DNA of 64,000 nucleotides from an uncultured Sulfitobacter sp. (GCF_947499945.1 NZ_CANMQD010000003.1:168120-232119); one strand, 5' to 3'. Numbered from the stretch's first letter, positions 1-9,934 are shown. Program-made: numbers and translations. The notes: generated by a model from the sequence alone, not told the origin.

Positions 1-128
1 ATCCTGGCTCTCCCCAGAACATTTGATTGAGAGGTCCAGACACGATTAACTCAGAATATTTTATTCCATCTGGCGGAAGCAGTATTGTGCAGCGGGGCTG
101 GATATACACTGATCCTCGGATTGACTGT

Positions 129-1937
129 CTACGTAGGTGTTGTTGGAGCACCATCGGCCGCTATTACTTTTTTAGCCGCATCAGCAAGCTTGGGGATCAC
201 CGTGTCGAAATGTTGATAGATCAGCAGTTGACCCGCTTCCGGAATGATCTCGATTTCGATCCACGGGTAGGTTTCGCGATATTCAGCGATGGTTACAACG
301 TCGGTGGAGGGGTCGTCGTTGCCGTTGATAAAGGAAGTTGGCACATCCTTCGCACGTAACATGAGGTGAGACCAGTCGGCTTCGGTCTCAAGAAGTTCCA
401 TCGCATACGCCTGTGATACATCGGTTCCCTTTCCTGCGATAAGGTCAGCATTTGCGATTAGAATGGAGACGATTTCGGGATCATTCAGTAACGCAATATC
501 TGCCGCAGAGCGTTGGTTCATCGTGCGAAACATCTCGACGGGGCCAACCCGCTTCGACATCGCAATTGCCGCCTTTGCAGTGAATCTAAGCAAGTGTGGC
601 GCGTGGCGTGCTGTTGACAAAAAGAAGCGATGCCATTTTCCCATGCCTGCATAGTGGCGGTCCCCCGGCAGAAAGGGGCGGCCGCAAATAGCAATGATCT
701 CACTGATGAATTCGGGGTGATGCACCGCCATATCTACAGCAAACAAGAGGTCATTGCCCTGCGGTACATAGGGTAGTCTGGCGATGCCCAGATGGTTGAG
801 CAGATGGCGGGTATCGGCGCGGCATGTTGCGAGCACATCAGCCTTGGGATGCAATGGATCGCTTTGACCGTACCCGGCCCGAATAGGGACGATCACCCGC
901 AGCCCGTGCTTGATCGCCAACCGCAACATGGGAGCATGCCACCGCGCCATCCCATAGCCCATATGGGAAAACAGAATGGGCGCGTCGCCTGCAAGGCCCA
1001 TGTCATGGTAATCTAATTTGCGCCCATCAGGGAGAATAAACGTTTTCAAGGGTTTGTAAGCTTCGGTCTGTAGCCAGTCACCATGCGGACGCTGCGAGAT
1101 CTTTGTCGTAGAGGTGATCCGGTCGCCTGACGCGGGTTGGGCCACATCCCGAAGCGACAGGACCAACCGGATAACTTCGGACTGGCTACGTGCATTCATT
1201 TTGGAGAGGATCGATTTGATCTGGCTACGGACAGTACCTTCCGATGTGCCGCGCCCCGCTGCGATGGTTTTTGCGTCCAGCCCTTCGACCAAAGCCCTCA
1301 CAACCCCTTGTTCGGCAGCAGTGAGATCAAATACTTCTTCGAGGATTTGCCCCAGTGCTGCCTTCCAGTGGTATTGGGTTGTGACGACCAATGCATGACG
1401 CATGCTGGAGGGCGCGGCATCTGGCAAAAGCCGTATCTGAAACAGGGCCGGACCGCGTTGTTCTGGCATATCCAGACGTAACATAAGGTCGGTACGGCCA
1501 GTGTTGGTAAACAAGTCGCCAAGGGATTTTCCTAAATCCTCCTTTACGTGGGGCGGCAAGGGCAGTGCTGCCAGTGCTGTCCCATCGGTGATCTGGAATG
1601 CTTCTCGGGCGCCATCATTGCTAGCGACAACTACCATGTGTTGATCCACGATAAAGGCTGCCAGACTGTCAAAGGGCGCCATTATCTCAGTCAGGTCAGG
1701 TCCTTTGTCGGCGTTTGATCCGCGCGTGAGGAACGTATCGGCCCGCTCGAGATGGGCAATATAGGCCTGATCGAATGCATCGATGGATTTGATTGTTTTG
1801 CGCGCAGCATCCGCATCAAGCCCTGCGTCATTCCATGCACCAATGAAGGTGTCGAGCGTTTTGGGATCAAGGGCAATATCATAGAGTTGGTCAACGATTT
1901 TATCGGCATCAATTTCCGATGGCAAACCAGTTTTCAT
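129..1937 (-). CDS. LuxR/GerE-family transcriptional regulator fused to a C-terminal alpha/beta-hydrolase-fold domain
   Basis: 602-aa ORF. Central LuxR-type HTH (LTAAEQGVVRALVEGLDAKTIAAGRGTSEGTVRSQIKSILSKMN). The C-terminal ~330 aa reads like an alpha/beta hydrolase (APILFSHMGYG, RVIVPIRAGYGQSD, HHPEFISEII). Confidence 0.8.
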   Translation of the reverse strand: MKTGLPSEIDADKIVDQLYDIALDPKTLDTFIGAWNDAGLDADAARKTIKSIDAFDQAYIAHLERADTFLTRGSNADKGPDLTEIMAPFDSLAAFIVDQHMVVVASNDGAREAFQITDGTALAALPLPPHVKEDLGKSLGDLFTNTGRTDLMLRLDMPEQRGPALFQIRLLPDAAPSSMRHALVVTTQYHWKAALGQILEEVFDLTAAEQGVVRALVEGLDAKTIAAGRGTSEGTVRSQIKSILSKMNARSQSEVIRLVLSLRDVAQPASGDRITSTTKISQRPHGDWLQTEAYKPLKTFILPDGRKLDYHDMGLAGDAPILFSHMGYGMARWHAPMLRLAIKHGLRVIVPIRAGYGQSDPLHPKADVLATCRADTRHLLNHLGIARLPYVPQGNDLLFAVDMAVHHPEFISEIIAICGRPFLPGDRHYAGMGKWHRFFLSTARHAPHLLRFTAKAAIAMSKRVGPVEMFRTMNQRSAADIALLNDPEIVSILIANADLIAGKGTDVSQAYAMELLETEADWSHLMLRAKDVPTSFINGNDDPSTDVVTIAEYRETYPWIEIEIIPEAGQLLIYQHFDTVIPKLADAAKKVIAADGAPTTPT

Positions 1938-2114
1938 TGTCTAATTCCAATTTTTTTGTGCATTCCGCACAATGAGATAATTGTCAGAGAGAATTTGAAA
2001 TACGTATTAAAAGTGTGTGTCTGTAGCACAATGGTATCACATCAAAGGGCCACAGACACACTAGTTATCAGCTGGACCATTGGAAGAGGTCTGTCCAGCC
2101 GATGGGGTGCGCGA

Positions 2115-2726
2115 TCATGCCAAGGCTAACCAACCGCCAACCGACACCAGCAAGGTTGCAAGCGAGCGATTCAGGATTTGCATGGAGCGGGGTGAGCGGG
2201 CCAAGCGGCGCAACGGGGCAGCAAATGCGACGATGATCACGGCGCCTGCAAAGAGAGACAGAAATGTCGTTACCGAAATGATCAGAAAGTCGGGCATTTT
2301 GATCAGGGTTATGTCCATCATCTCTGGCAAGACCAGCGGGAACAGGATCATCATATAGGGTGAAATAAAGCAGGTGACCGTTCCCGCTAAGACGGATGAG
2401 AGGGGCGAACGACGCGGCGCATCGCAGCCACCGCTCATATCAAAGCCGCCCTTCCAGATGCCGTAAGCCAGCCATGTCATATAGGCTATCATGACGTATT
2501 TGCTGTAGTCCAGCACCTCGGGTATCGCAGTGAGCCATGCGCTTAGTCCAAAGCAGACGGCGGATATGATCGCTACGCCACCAATGGCATATCCTGCTGC
2601 AAAACCGACAGCACCCGCTACGTCATTGCTGGCCGAGCGAACCATCAACATTAATACCACTGGACCAGGTGCCAAAGTAATCGCAACCAAAGTCATAAAA
2701 TACGAGAGCATATCCAAGGTGTTCAT
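2115..2726 (-). CDS. LysE/RhtB-family amino-acid exporter
   Basis: 203-aa polytopic membrane protein with a typical LysE N-terminus (FMTLVAITLAPGPVVLMLMVRSAS). Confidence 0.85.
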   Translation of the reverse strand: MNTLDMLSYFMTLVAITLAPGPVVLMLMVRSASNDVAGAVGFAAGYAIGGVAIISAVCFGLSAWLTAIPEVLDYSKYVMIAYMTWLAYGIWKGGFDMSGGCDAPRRSPLSSVLAGTVTCFISPYMMILFPLVLPEMMDITLIKMPDFLIISVTTFLSLFAGAVIIVAFAAPLRRLARSPRSMQILNRSLATLLVSVGGWLALA

Positions 2727-2741
2727 CTCAATTTCTCCGTT

Positions 2742-3050
2742 TCAAATTGTTGTTGTTGGTGCGGAAGGCTGGCGCGCTGGAATACTGCGATACAGCCGCA
2801 GGCATAGACCGATCAGACCAATGAAGATCCAGCTGCCCTGAATAAGGGCCGAGGCGAGGTTGAACTCAGCGATCAGGCTGATCCCCACAAGGCAGGCCGC
2901 CAGAATGTTCAGCAGGGTAAAATGCGTCTGGTTGCCGTCCATGAGATCAAGCTGCACCGCGCCAAACGCGCCGATGTAGCAGATGAAACCAGCGACCCCG
3001 ACTGCCTCGTAAGGTCCAAGTTGCCAAAGATACTGAAAAAATACGTCCAT
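2742..3050 (-). CDS. small integral membrane protein, function unknown
   Basis: Internal ATG at 3050 (MDVFFQYLWQLGPYEAVGVAGFICYIGAFG...) gives a 102-aa protein with about three hydrophobic helices. It ends 16 nt upstream of the LysE gene. The longer 148-aa form overlaps the divergent patatin gene region. Confidence 0.5.
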   Translation of the reverse strand: MDVFFQYLWQLGPYEAVGVAGFICYIGAFGAVQLDLMDGNQTHFTLLNILAACLVGISLIAEFNLASALIQGSWIFIGLIGLCLRLYRSIPARQPSAPTTTI

Positions 3051-3268
3051 TTGAAAATCCTTTGATGTGATAATCAAAGGTATAGAAACGCGCCCAACAT
3101 GCGGCATCTCCCATATTGGGGATGGCGGTACGATTGGTTCCCTAAGGTAAGGTATTCCATACCATCGACCGCAAATACACGTTGCCATCGCATCCGAGGC
3201 ACGCCACCCTTGGTGTGAACACTCGCCATGGGGTCGCGGGCGGCAGGTTGAGAAAGGTGTCGGCAGGC

Positions 3269-4558
3269 ATGGGATTATTTCTTGCAGGGATGACAGCGTT
3301 AGCGGTCATCATTCTTCTGGCAGCGGTTATTTACGGTTTTATCGTGCCGCTAAAGGTGCATTTCAGAACCGATTTGGCGGACACACGCGGCTCTCTTGCA
3401 GAGCAAGGCGATAAGCCTTTTGTGGGGCTCGCCCTGTCGGGCGGCGGGGCACGTGCTGCGGTCTTTGCTGCGGCGGGAATGGAGGCCCTTCACAAGCGGG
3501 GGATGCTGGATCAAATTACTCATGTGTCGAGCGTCAGCGGTGGCGGGTTCGCCGCGTCTTACCTCGCGCTACATCCGGTCGAAACGGATGCAAGAGCCTA
3601 TTTCAAACGGATGCAATCTGTCATGGCGCATGACTTTTTTTGGGATGTGCAGATGAACCAACTGCGCAGGCCGTCACGGGCCTTTAGCCCGTCGCGGAGA
3701 CTTGTATCGCTTCAAGACGCGTTGAACCGACAGGATTTTCTGGATGGCGCAGTTTTCGGCCATCTGCCCAAGGATCGTACCTTTTTCTTCAACAGCGTCA
3801 GCTATGACACGGGCCGCCGCTTTGTTTTTTCCAACGGCACGCTGCCGCCTCACGATGCCGATGACACGGTTGCTTTGCCATCGGCCTTGCGGTCTTTGTC
3901 TTTCTCGGGGGGCGAGAACTTGCGTGCTACGCCAAACGAGGTTCCATTGTCTCTTGCGGTTGCAACTTCTGCCGCCTTTCCGCCCTACCTCGGACCCACC
4001 ACGATCCAGATTGAGGGCCGCAATGCACAGGCCGATGAATACTGGCACCTTGGCGATGGCGGTGTTGTAGAAAACACAGGCATCGAAACTCTGCGGGAGG
4101 CGATTTATGCCCGTGGCGACAAGCGACAAGCGGTGATTTATGTATTTAATGCGGGGCAGAGACTGAACAGTGAATTGTCCCGAAAATCCGCAGACATCAG
4201 CATCTGGAGCCGTGAAGTCACGCGACTGGTTGACGTCTTGCTCGAATACGCAACTGCCCATCGTGAAACGATGTCGGCCGAACTGGACGCGAAAAACGGG
4301 ATGGATATTCGGGTCATCGAATTTGACTATCTTGCCATCAGCAAGGCCGCAGCGAGTGGGGCGCCAGCCTTTGCACATTGGTTAACATGGGATGGCTGGT
4401 ATTACTCTACCCACGCAGACAGAATGGCAAGCAAAACCCCCGCAGAACACTTGGTGAAGGTGCCAACAGCTCTCAAAATCACAGCATGCGACAGACAGTT
4501 GGTCGCGCAAGCGGCGGCAGATCTGGTCGCACAGCACTTCGATCCTGTAAGAAGTTAG
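3269..4558 (+). CDS. patatin-like phospholipase with N-terminal membrane anchor
   Basis: Oxyanion motif GLALSGGGARAA, nucleophile elbow VSSVSGGGF (GxSxG) and catalytic Asp motif LGDGGVVENTG. N-terminal hydrophobic helix (LFLAGMTALAVIILLAAVIYGFIV). An alternative upstream start lies at 3182. Confidence 0.85.
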   Translation: MGLFLAGMTALAVIILLAAVIYGFIVPLKVHFRTDLADTRGSLAEQGDKPFVGLALSGGGARAAVFAAAGMEALHKRGMLDQITHVSSVSGGGFAASYLALHPVETDARAYFKRMQSVMAHDFFWDVQMNQLRRPSRAFSPSRRLVSLQDALNRQDFLDGAVFGHLPKDRTFFFNSVSYDTGRRFVFSNGTLPPHDADDTVALPSALRSLSFSGGENLRATPNEVPLSLAVATSAAFPPYLGPTTIQIEGRNAQADEYWHLGDGGVVENTGIETLREAIYARGDKRQAVIYVFNAGQRLNSELSRKSADISIWSREVTRLVDVLLEYATAHRETMSAELDAKNGMDIRVIEFDYLAISKAAASGAPAFAHWLTWDGWYYSTHADRMASKTPAEHLVKVPTALKITACDRQLVAQAAADLVAQHFDPVRS

Positions 4559-4698
4559 CGAATATCGGGATCGAAGCGGGAAGGGCAGGTGGCACTACCA
4601 TAAGCCTTTTGTACACGCCTTCCCTCAAGATCATCCGCCACGCGCGAATATCGGCTCGTCGGGCAACGCTCATTGTCGCTTTAGTTTCCTACCCATAA

Positions 4699-5517
4699 TC
4701 AGTGCGACATCAAGACAGGGACGTTCATGCCTTCAAGAACATCTGTCGTGACACCTCCAAAAACATCATGCGCAAATTTGGAGTGCTCATAGGCTCCCAT
4801 CACTATCAGATCAGCACCAATGTCCTGAGCTGTGACAAGGATTGTATTGCCGATACTGCCGGTTTTTGAACTCTGTAAATGGTCTGTTCTGATACCATGA
4901 TGGCGCAAATTCTGGATCAAGCGATCTGTTCCCGCAGGGGTTTTTGCCCCGATCGTAAGAACGGTCACTTTGCCTTTTTCCTCCAGCATGGGCATAGCGT
5001 CACCAATAGCACGCGCAGCCGCCCGTTTGCCGTCCCAAGCGACGAGAACATGGGTGGACAGCCCTGGCGCATCATACTCTTTTGGAACAATAAGAACGGG
5101 GCGTCCCGATTGCAGCGCGATCAAATCGGGGCTGGCAGACATATGCTCCTCATCCCGCGCAGTCGTATGCGGCGCTGTGACGACCAGATCGAATGTACGC
5201 GAAAAACTGGCAACTGTGCCACCGTCCTCATCTATTACATCAAGGAAATCAGAGCGATGGCTACGGTTGTTGCGCGCAACTTCTTTTGCAAAGGTATCCT
5301 TGGCGTCAGCAATCTCTTTTCTCTCATTTTCCTTGAGCAGAGCGAAAACTTCGGAGGGCATCTGTCCTGCGAACAATCTTAGGACGTGGGATTTTCCATG
5401 CCCGACAATCCCTGTCAGCCAGGCATCATGATGGTTGGCTATTTTGAGCGCATGTTTGAGAGGGCGTTGCGCAGAACTCCAACCAGAGTAGGCGACTAAG
5501 ATAGTTTTCACTGACAT
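4699..5517 (-). CDS. universal stress protein, tandem UspA domains
   Basis: Start taken at MSVKTILVAYSG. Two Usp-like halves, ending in the typical ...DLIVMGAYEHSKFAHDVFGGVTTDVL...VPVLMSH. Confidence 0.85.
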   Translation of the reverse strand: MSVKTILVAYSGWSSAQRPLKHALKIANHHDAWLTGIVGHGKSHVLRLFAGQMPSEVFALLKENERKEIADAKDTFAKEVARNNRSHRSDFLDVIDEDGGTVASFSRTFDLVVTAPHTTARDEEHMSASPDLIALQSGRPVLIVPKEYDAPGLSTHVLVAWDGKRAAARAIGDAMPMLEEKGKVTVLTIGAKTPAGTDRLIQNLRHHGIRTDHLQSSKTGSIGNTILVTAQDIGADLIVMGAYEHSKFAHDVFGGVTTDVLEGMNVPVLMSH

Positions 5518-6580
5518 TGTATTGCGATCTCCAATAAATTGCGAGTTGAGCGGCCCGAACATCTTAATACCCCGCCGCGTTGTGCAAGCGCTTGATGGGG
5601 GCGGCAGGGCTGGCCATGCTGTATTCAGAATAGCAAAAAGCGATTGATATGTCTTGCAGACAGTTTCTTCTGAGTTTGTTTTTGCGCAATGTTAACCAAA
5701 ATAGTTCAAGTAAAAACTGGACGATATTGAGTTTGAGAAACAACAAGGCAACAAGTTTGAAAGAGGCTTGGTGTTGCTATTCAATCCTTGGCTATTTCGA
5801 TTTTCGGCTTGGATATGGCGATCTCTTTTGATCGGCACTGACCTTGGTTAAACCTCATCGTATTTCAGTTGACGGGCCGTGTTTGAAAAGGGGGTCCTAC
5901 CTATACTTCCTTTAGCTAAACGCTTTTTGCCACGGACATGAATTTCGCTGACTCTTGCTTCAAACCTGCACTGCTTGTCTGTGATCAGACGGAGCCTTGT
6001 CGTCGATGTAGCAATCGGCATTCCTAGGATGAGTAAAAAGGTGAGGGCAGGATGAAGGTCAATCTAATGCGCGTGATCGACAAGCCTCTTCTGGACGCTG
6101 TGTGTTTGTATGTGCGTCACCCTCTCAAGGTCATCAATTGGCACAAGCGCAAAATGCTGGCGCGACGGATACCAAAAACACCGGAAGCTGGTTTGTGCCC
6201 TTTCGGCTCACCTTACCCAATGATCAGGGTTCATCCCTCGAACAGCCATACCGCGCAAGGGGCTAACACCTTGTCAAAGGTTCAGGGCGATCCACGAAAT
6301 AACTATGGTTTGTTTGCAGGCCTGAATGGCAGTACCGTACGCCAAGGCAGGGGGCAGAGAAAAGCCGAATTCTATGGTCACATGCACTCCTCAATTGGCA
6401 GCAGCCCACCAGCCGCGGTTCGTTGACAGAACACTGAATCCACCAAGCACGATTAGAAGCTGCAAAGAGGAACTCGGTTCAAGCTGGATCCTGTTCAATT
6501 TTCGGGGCGAAGCTCAGTTGCACGGAATTTGACGGCAGTTTCGTTCAGCGGTGGTTTGCCAGAGAACTGGGGTCATTTGC

Positions 6581-6964
6581 TCAAAGGCATAGATATCCAA
6601 GCCTTCCTGATCGCATTCGGTCAACATTATCGTCAAATTCGCCGTTGTCGATGCTAGTGACATCATCGTCTCGCAGACTTCTGTCATTCCGTTTGAGCTT
6701 GCGCCAATACACAACGCGAAACCCCCGCACATTTTTCTTCACAATCGCATCGGGAATGACATAGCGGTGCAGGCACTCGGTGGTGGTACGTTTATAATCA
6801 CAGCCAGTGGCGACATTGTCATTTTTGCAAATATCACCTCCTTTGCCCGAACTGTGGTTGATCTCATTTCCGCTTAAATGCCATTGCGCTTGCTTGTGTC
6901 GGTCCGGAGAATAAAGAGGCGCTATTGGCACTGCTGAAAGTACATTTCTTGTTTTTTTGATCAA
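6581..6964 (-). CDS. hypothetical protein (ORFan in low-GC segment)
   Basis: 127-aa ORF in an AT-rich region, preceded by a perfect 8+1+8 palindrome at 7029-7045. I recognise no family. A second frame (6514-6732) overlaps its 3' end, so it may be frameshifted. Confidence 0.25.
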   Translation of the reverse strand: MIKKTRNVLSAVPIAPLYSPDRHKQAQWHLSGNEINHSSGKGGDICKNDNVATGCDYKRTTTECLHRYVIPDAIVKKNVRGFRVVYWRKLKRNDRSLRDDDVTSIDNGEFDDNVDRMRSGRLGYLCL

Positions 6965-7494
6965 TTACATTGCTTAACCTGTTATTTCCGAGACGGATTT
7001 GTGCTTTTTGCATAGCAGGGCTCTCTTTTTGTATCACTGATACAAGTGTGAACCTGTGGGCGTTTCAAGTTCAGCAGCCACGGTTTGTGGAAGTGATGGC
7101 CGCGACATTACCTCCACTGATCAACCGCAAACAGTGATCCAGAACCGCTCGGAAATGGGTTAATTTTATCGATTGCGCCGATGCCGCGCAGTTCATGGAG
7201 TGCCAAAATCAGCCGTTTGCTTAAGAAGGGCCAGTGCAATCCGTGCCGAATTGCCAGCCACGCCTGATGATGTTGTTGCCGTTCGAAATTCAAACGGTTG
7301 AAGGAGAGTCTCATGGGTTTGTGATGCTCCGACCGCTGCCGCCTATTTCTTGAGAAAAGACTGCTTTGGGTGCAGAATTCGAAACGTAGTATGCGCAAGC
7401 AGTGCCGCATGGGCCGCGCGACGGAGTTGGTGTTTGCGCTCGCGACAGGCGTGACGCTTGTGCTGAGGGGGAGGCGCAGGCACAGCAGCGATAT

Positions 7495-7730
7495 TGGGGT
7501 GGTGTAACAAACGACGCTTATGGAGTGGAGTCAAACTGGGAAGTCGGTGCTGTGCCGACTTCAACCTCAACAGTAAACTCCGGTAAACCAGCGGGCAGCA
7601 GGACTGTCGATCTAGGCGGCCCGCAGTCTGTTCGAACTGTGACAGTACAAGCTGTCACAATCGTCACTGGGATTGACGGAGGTACATTTAACTTCAATCC
7701 CTTAGGGTCAAGCCGATTGTTCTATGCAGC
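7495..7730 (+). pseudogene. possible 5' fragment of an autotransporter/adhesin-like gene
   Basis: WGGVTNDAYGVESNWEVGAVPTSTSTVNSG...VDLGGPQSVRTVTVQAVTIVTGIDGGTFNF resembles the W-x-G-x-x-x-N-D-W...NW...G-x-VP opening of autotransporter-associated beta-strand repeats. The reading frame then runs antisense into the IS3 remnant. Confidence 0.25.
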
Positions 7731-7739
7731 ACCCTCCAG

Positions 7740-8459
7740 CCCTGTTTTGGGCAGTACGCTGGATATGACTCAGAACGGGGTATTCTTGTATGTCGTCGCA
7801 GAGACCAACATGACTATTGCAGGTGATCCCACCATATCGACGAGGGAAGCGTTTGTAGCCGATTTGTGCCGTGATACCCGCAAGACTGGCAAACGTGCCA
7901 CACGGTTCTCCGAGCAGGTCCCGCCAGCATTGCGCAGGTTATCTGTCAGCTTTTCTTATCCATGGACCTTGCCACGATCCGTCCACGGCTGATGGATCAG
8001 TTCTGTCTGGCGTGCATCTGAGAGCGCTAGCTGGCCTTACGGTTCTTTAAGCCATGCGGAAAACCCGCTGAAATGAACGCACATCATTCGGCACATTGAC
8101 CGAACAGAAAACTCTGCGCGGTGAGGCTCAATAAACGCGTACCCCACTGAGACTCTCGCGCGAAGTACGCTCGCGTCATTGTCCTTGGACCAATGGCGGA
8201 CGATTTGCGCCCTTTTTAAGATAGTGCGTTGCTCGGTCACCCGCGCCAGTGCGCGCTTCAGCCGCCTTATCTCAGCAACTTGATCCAAAACCTCAGTATT
8301 TACATGCGGTGACTTCGAAAACTGAGCCTTCCAAGTGTATTGCGACATCGTGCTGATACCCAGACGCTCAGCCATTGCGCTGACAGCATAAGTACGCTCA
8401 ATAATCTGCGCTACAAGGTCCTGCTTAAACTTGTCCGCAAGCCGAATTCTTTTGTTCAT
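7740..8459 (-). pseudogene. IS3-family transposase remnant (orfA fused to a degraded orfB N-terminus)
   Basis: OrfA-like text (MNKRIRL...LKRALARVTEQRTILKRA) runs into an OrfB-like N-terminus (YAFIEPHRAEFSVRSMCRMMCVHFSGFSAWLKEP). The same frame continues through in-frame stops (GQLALSDARQTELIHQPWTDRGKVHG*EKLTDNLRNAGGTCSENRVARL) and then a frameshift (ITAQIGYKRFPRRYGG). No DDE core is visible. The lower boundary is approximate. Confidence 0.7.
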
Positions 8460-8795
8460 ATCCCGCTCTCCTTGGTTCCAAAATCACCAAGCAAACCGTC
8501 TACAAATCGAGCGGCACCTCAAAGCTCGCATGCGCGCTTCGCGTTCTGCTCGTAGAAGACTATGATGAACCGGAGTTTGAGCGACTGATACGCCCGCTCG
8601 ACTGAACTTAGGTTTTTTCCGCAGAGCCGACCTTGAAGGCCGTACAGCGCGGCATGATCATGTCTGAAATCATCGGGTTATCGCTTGCAGCTCATATTTC
8701 GAAATTTCCGTGATGCAGCGACTGTCTGCCTTTACAGTAGAGCCGCCGGACATGCTTGGAAGCAGCTCAACAGACGTCTTTCACGGCCGTCATCC

Positions 8796-9374
8796 TTAGG
8801 GCAGTAGATATTTGCGGACGATATCGGCTACTTGGTCTACGCCAAGGATCGGAGGGATCAATGTCAGGATGTCACCTTTCCCATCAAGCAGATGAATGAA
8901 CGACCCATGCGCGTAGATCCAGCCGAGTTCAGGATCCTGAAACAAGGGCGTAATTTCCACTGAATAGGCTTCATATGCTCGTGCGAGTGCAGGTGCCCCT
9001 CCCGTCAGGCCGATGTAATCGGGGTGCAAGGCAGCAAGAGGCGTTGCCATCGTATCCACACGGTCCTGCTCTGGCGCAATCGTGATCATCACAGGCGTCA
9101 CCTCAATCCCGTCAGCCGCCAACGCGTCAGTGACCTGAGCCATCATCGGCATGGCAGCGGTACAGATGTCGGGGCAATTAATATAGCCAAAGAACACCAG
9201 TTGCGCCCGCGCATCAGGGTCAGCTTGGGTCCGTGTGTTGCCATATTGGTCGATCAACTCATAGTCGCCACCCAAGGCGAGCGGGAAAGGCTCCTTGGCC
9301 AAAACTGCATTGGGCGAGGCCAAGAAAACCATCCCGAACGATGCGAGCCGTAGCGCATCAGACACCCTGATCAT
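8796..9374 (-). CDS. SCO1/SenC-family copper chaperone (thioredoxin fold)
   Basis: Signal/anchor sequence followed by the FFGYINCPDICTAAMPMM CxxxC motif and a conserved downstream His region (AHGSFIHLLD). Its start overlaps the upstream stop by 1 nt (TGATG). Confidence 0.85.
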   Translation of the reverse strand: MIRVSDALRLASFGMVFLASPNAVLAKEPFPLALGGDYELIDQYGNTRTQADPDARAQLVFFGYINCPDICTAAMPMMAQVTDALAADGIEVTPVMITIAPEQDRVDTMATPLAALHPDYIGLTGGAPALARAYEAYSVEITPLFQDPELGWIYAHGSFIHLLDGKGDILTLIPPILGVDQVADIVRKYLLP

Positions 9375-9934
9375 CAGAAGTTCTCGGCGATGTATGCAGC
9401 ATCAGCTTCCTGACCCAGCCCAAGATAGCCTTCGCGCGCTATGATCTCGTTGATCCGAGGGTCGCGCCGAAACCACGGACCTTTACCTGCGGCATCGGGG
9501 TTGGCCTTTGCCCACTCCTTGGTCCATTGGTTGGCTTTGTTGACCGTACCGTCCGCCGTGGTCACCGTCTGAACGAGATAGAGATTTTTTGCGTTCAGAT
9601 CGGGGTCGTCGATCAACAAGCCATCAACAGTTACGGTCTGGCCGCAATAGGGCAACAAATCCGTGGCGGCACCCGTAAACGCTGGCTGGTTGTTTTTGAG
9701 CGGGAACACCATCACATCGTCGGTCGTGCGCAGCAGACCCATCTGCCGCGTGCCATCGCCACAGTTTTCGGGGCAATCACCCGTCAGTTTGCACAGCACA
9801 TCGACCACTTCGGCCTCAAAACGCGCTGGCACTTCAGCATAAAGGTTCCACGACTTCGCCTCCGACCCTTCGGAGAAATCCTGCGCCGCGAGCGGGGTGG
9901 CGATAAGGGCCATCAAAGCAATAAAATGTTTCAT
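9374..9934 (-). CDS. secreted Cys-containing protein, unknown function (paralog B)
   Basis: Signal peptide MKHFIALMALIATPLAA. Cys cluster VVDVLCKLTGDCPENCGDG. Shares a by-eye motif order with the upstream 148-aa protein. Translationally coupled on both sides. Confidence 0.7.
   Translation of the reverse strand: MKHFIALMALIATPLAAQDFSEGSEAKSWNLYAEVPARFEAEVVDVLCKLTGDCPENCGDGTRQMGLLRTTDDVMVFPLKNNQPAFTGAATDLLPYCGQTVTVDGLLIDDPDLNAKNLYLVQTVTTADGTVNKANQWTKEWAKANPDAAGKGPWFRRDPRINEIIAREGYLGLGQEADAAYIAENF

Noticed and set aside
6112-6540. Possible group II intron 5' end (GTGCG at 6112 followed by about 400 nt without convincing ORFs)
   Set aside because: No reverse-transcriptase ORF follows. I could not recognise a domain V-like hairpin or a matching 3' end.
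7108-7410. 100-aa minus-strand ORF, considered as a HigB/RelE-like toxin fragment (LSKRLILALHELRGIGAIDKINPFPSGSG)
   Set aside because: The resemblance is limited to a short stretch. There is no partner antitoxin gene, and the ORF lies in clearly decayed DNA. Unsupported without a profile search.
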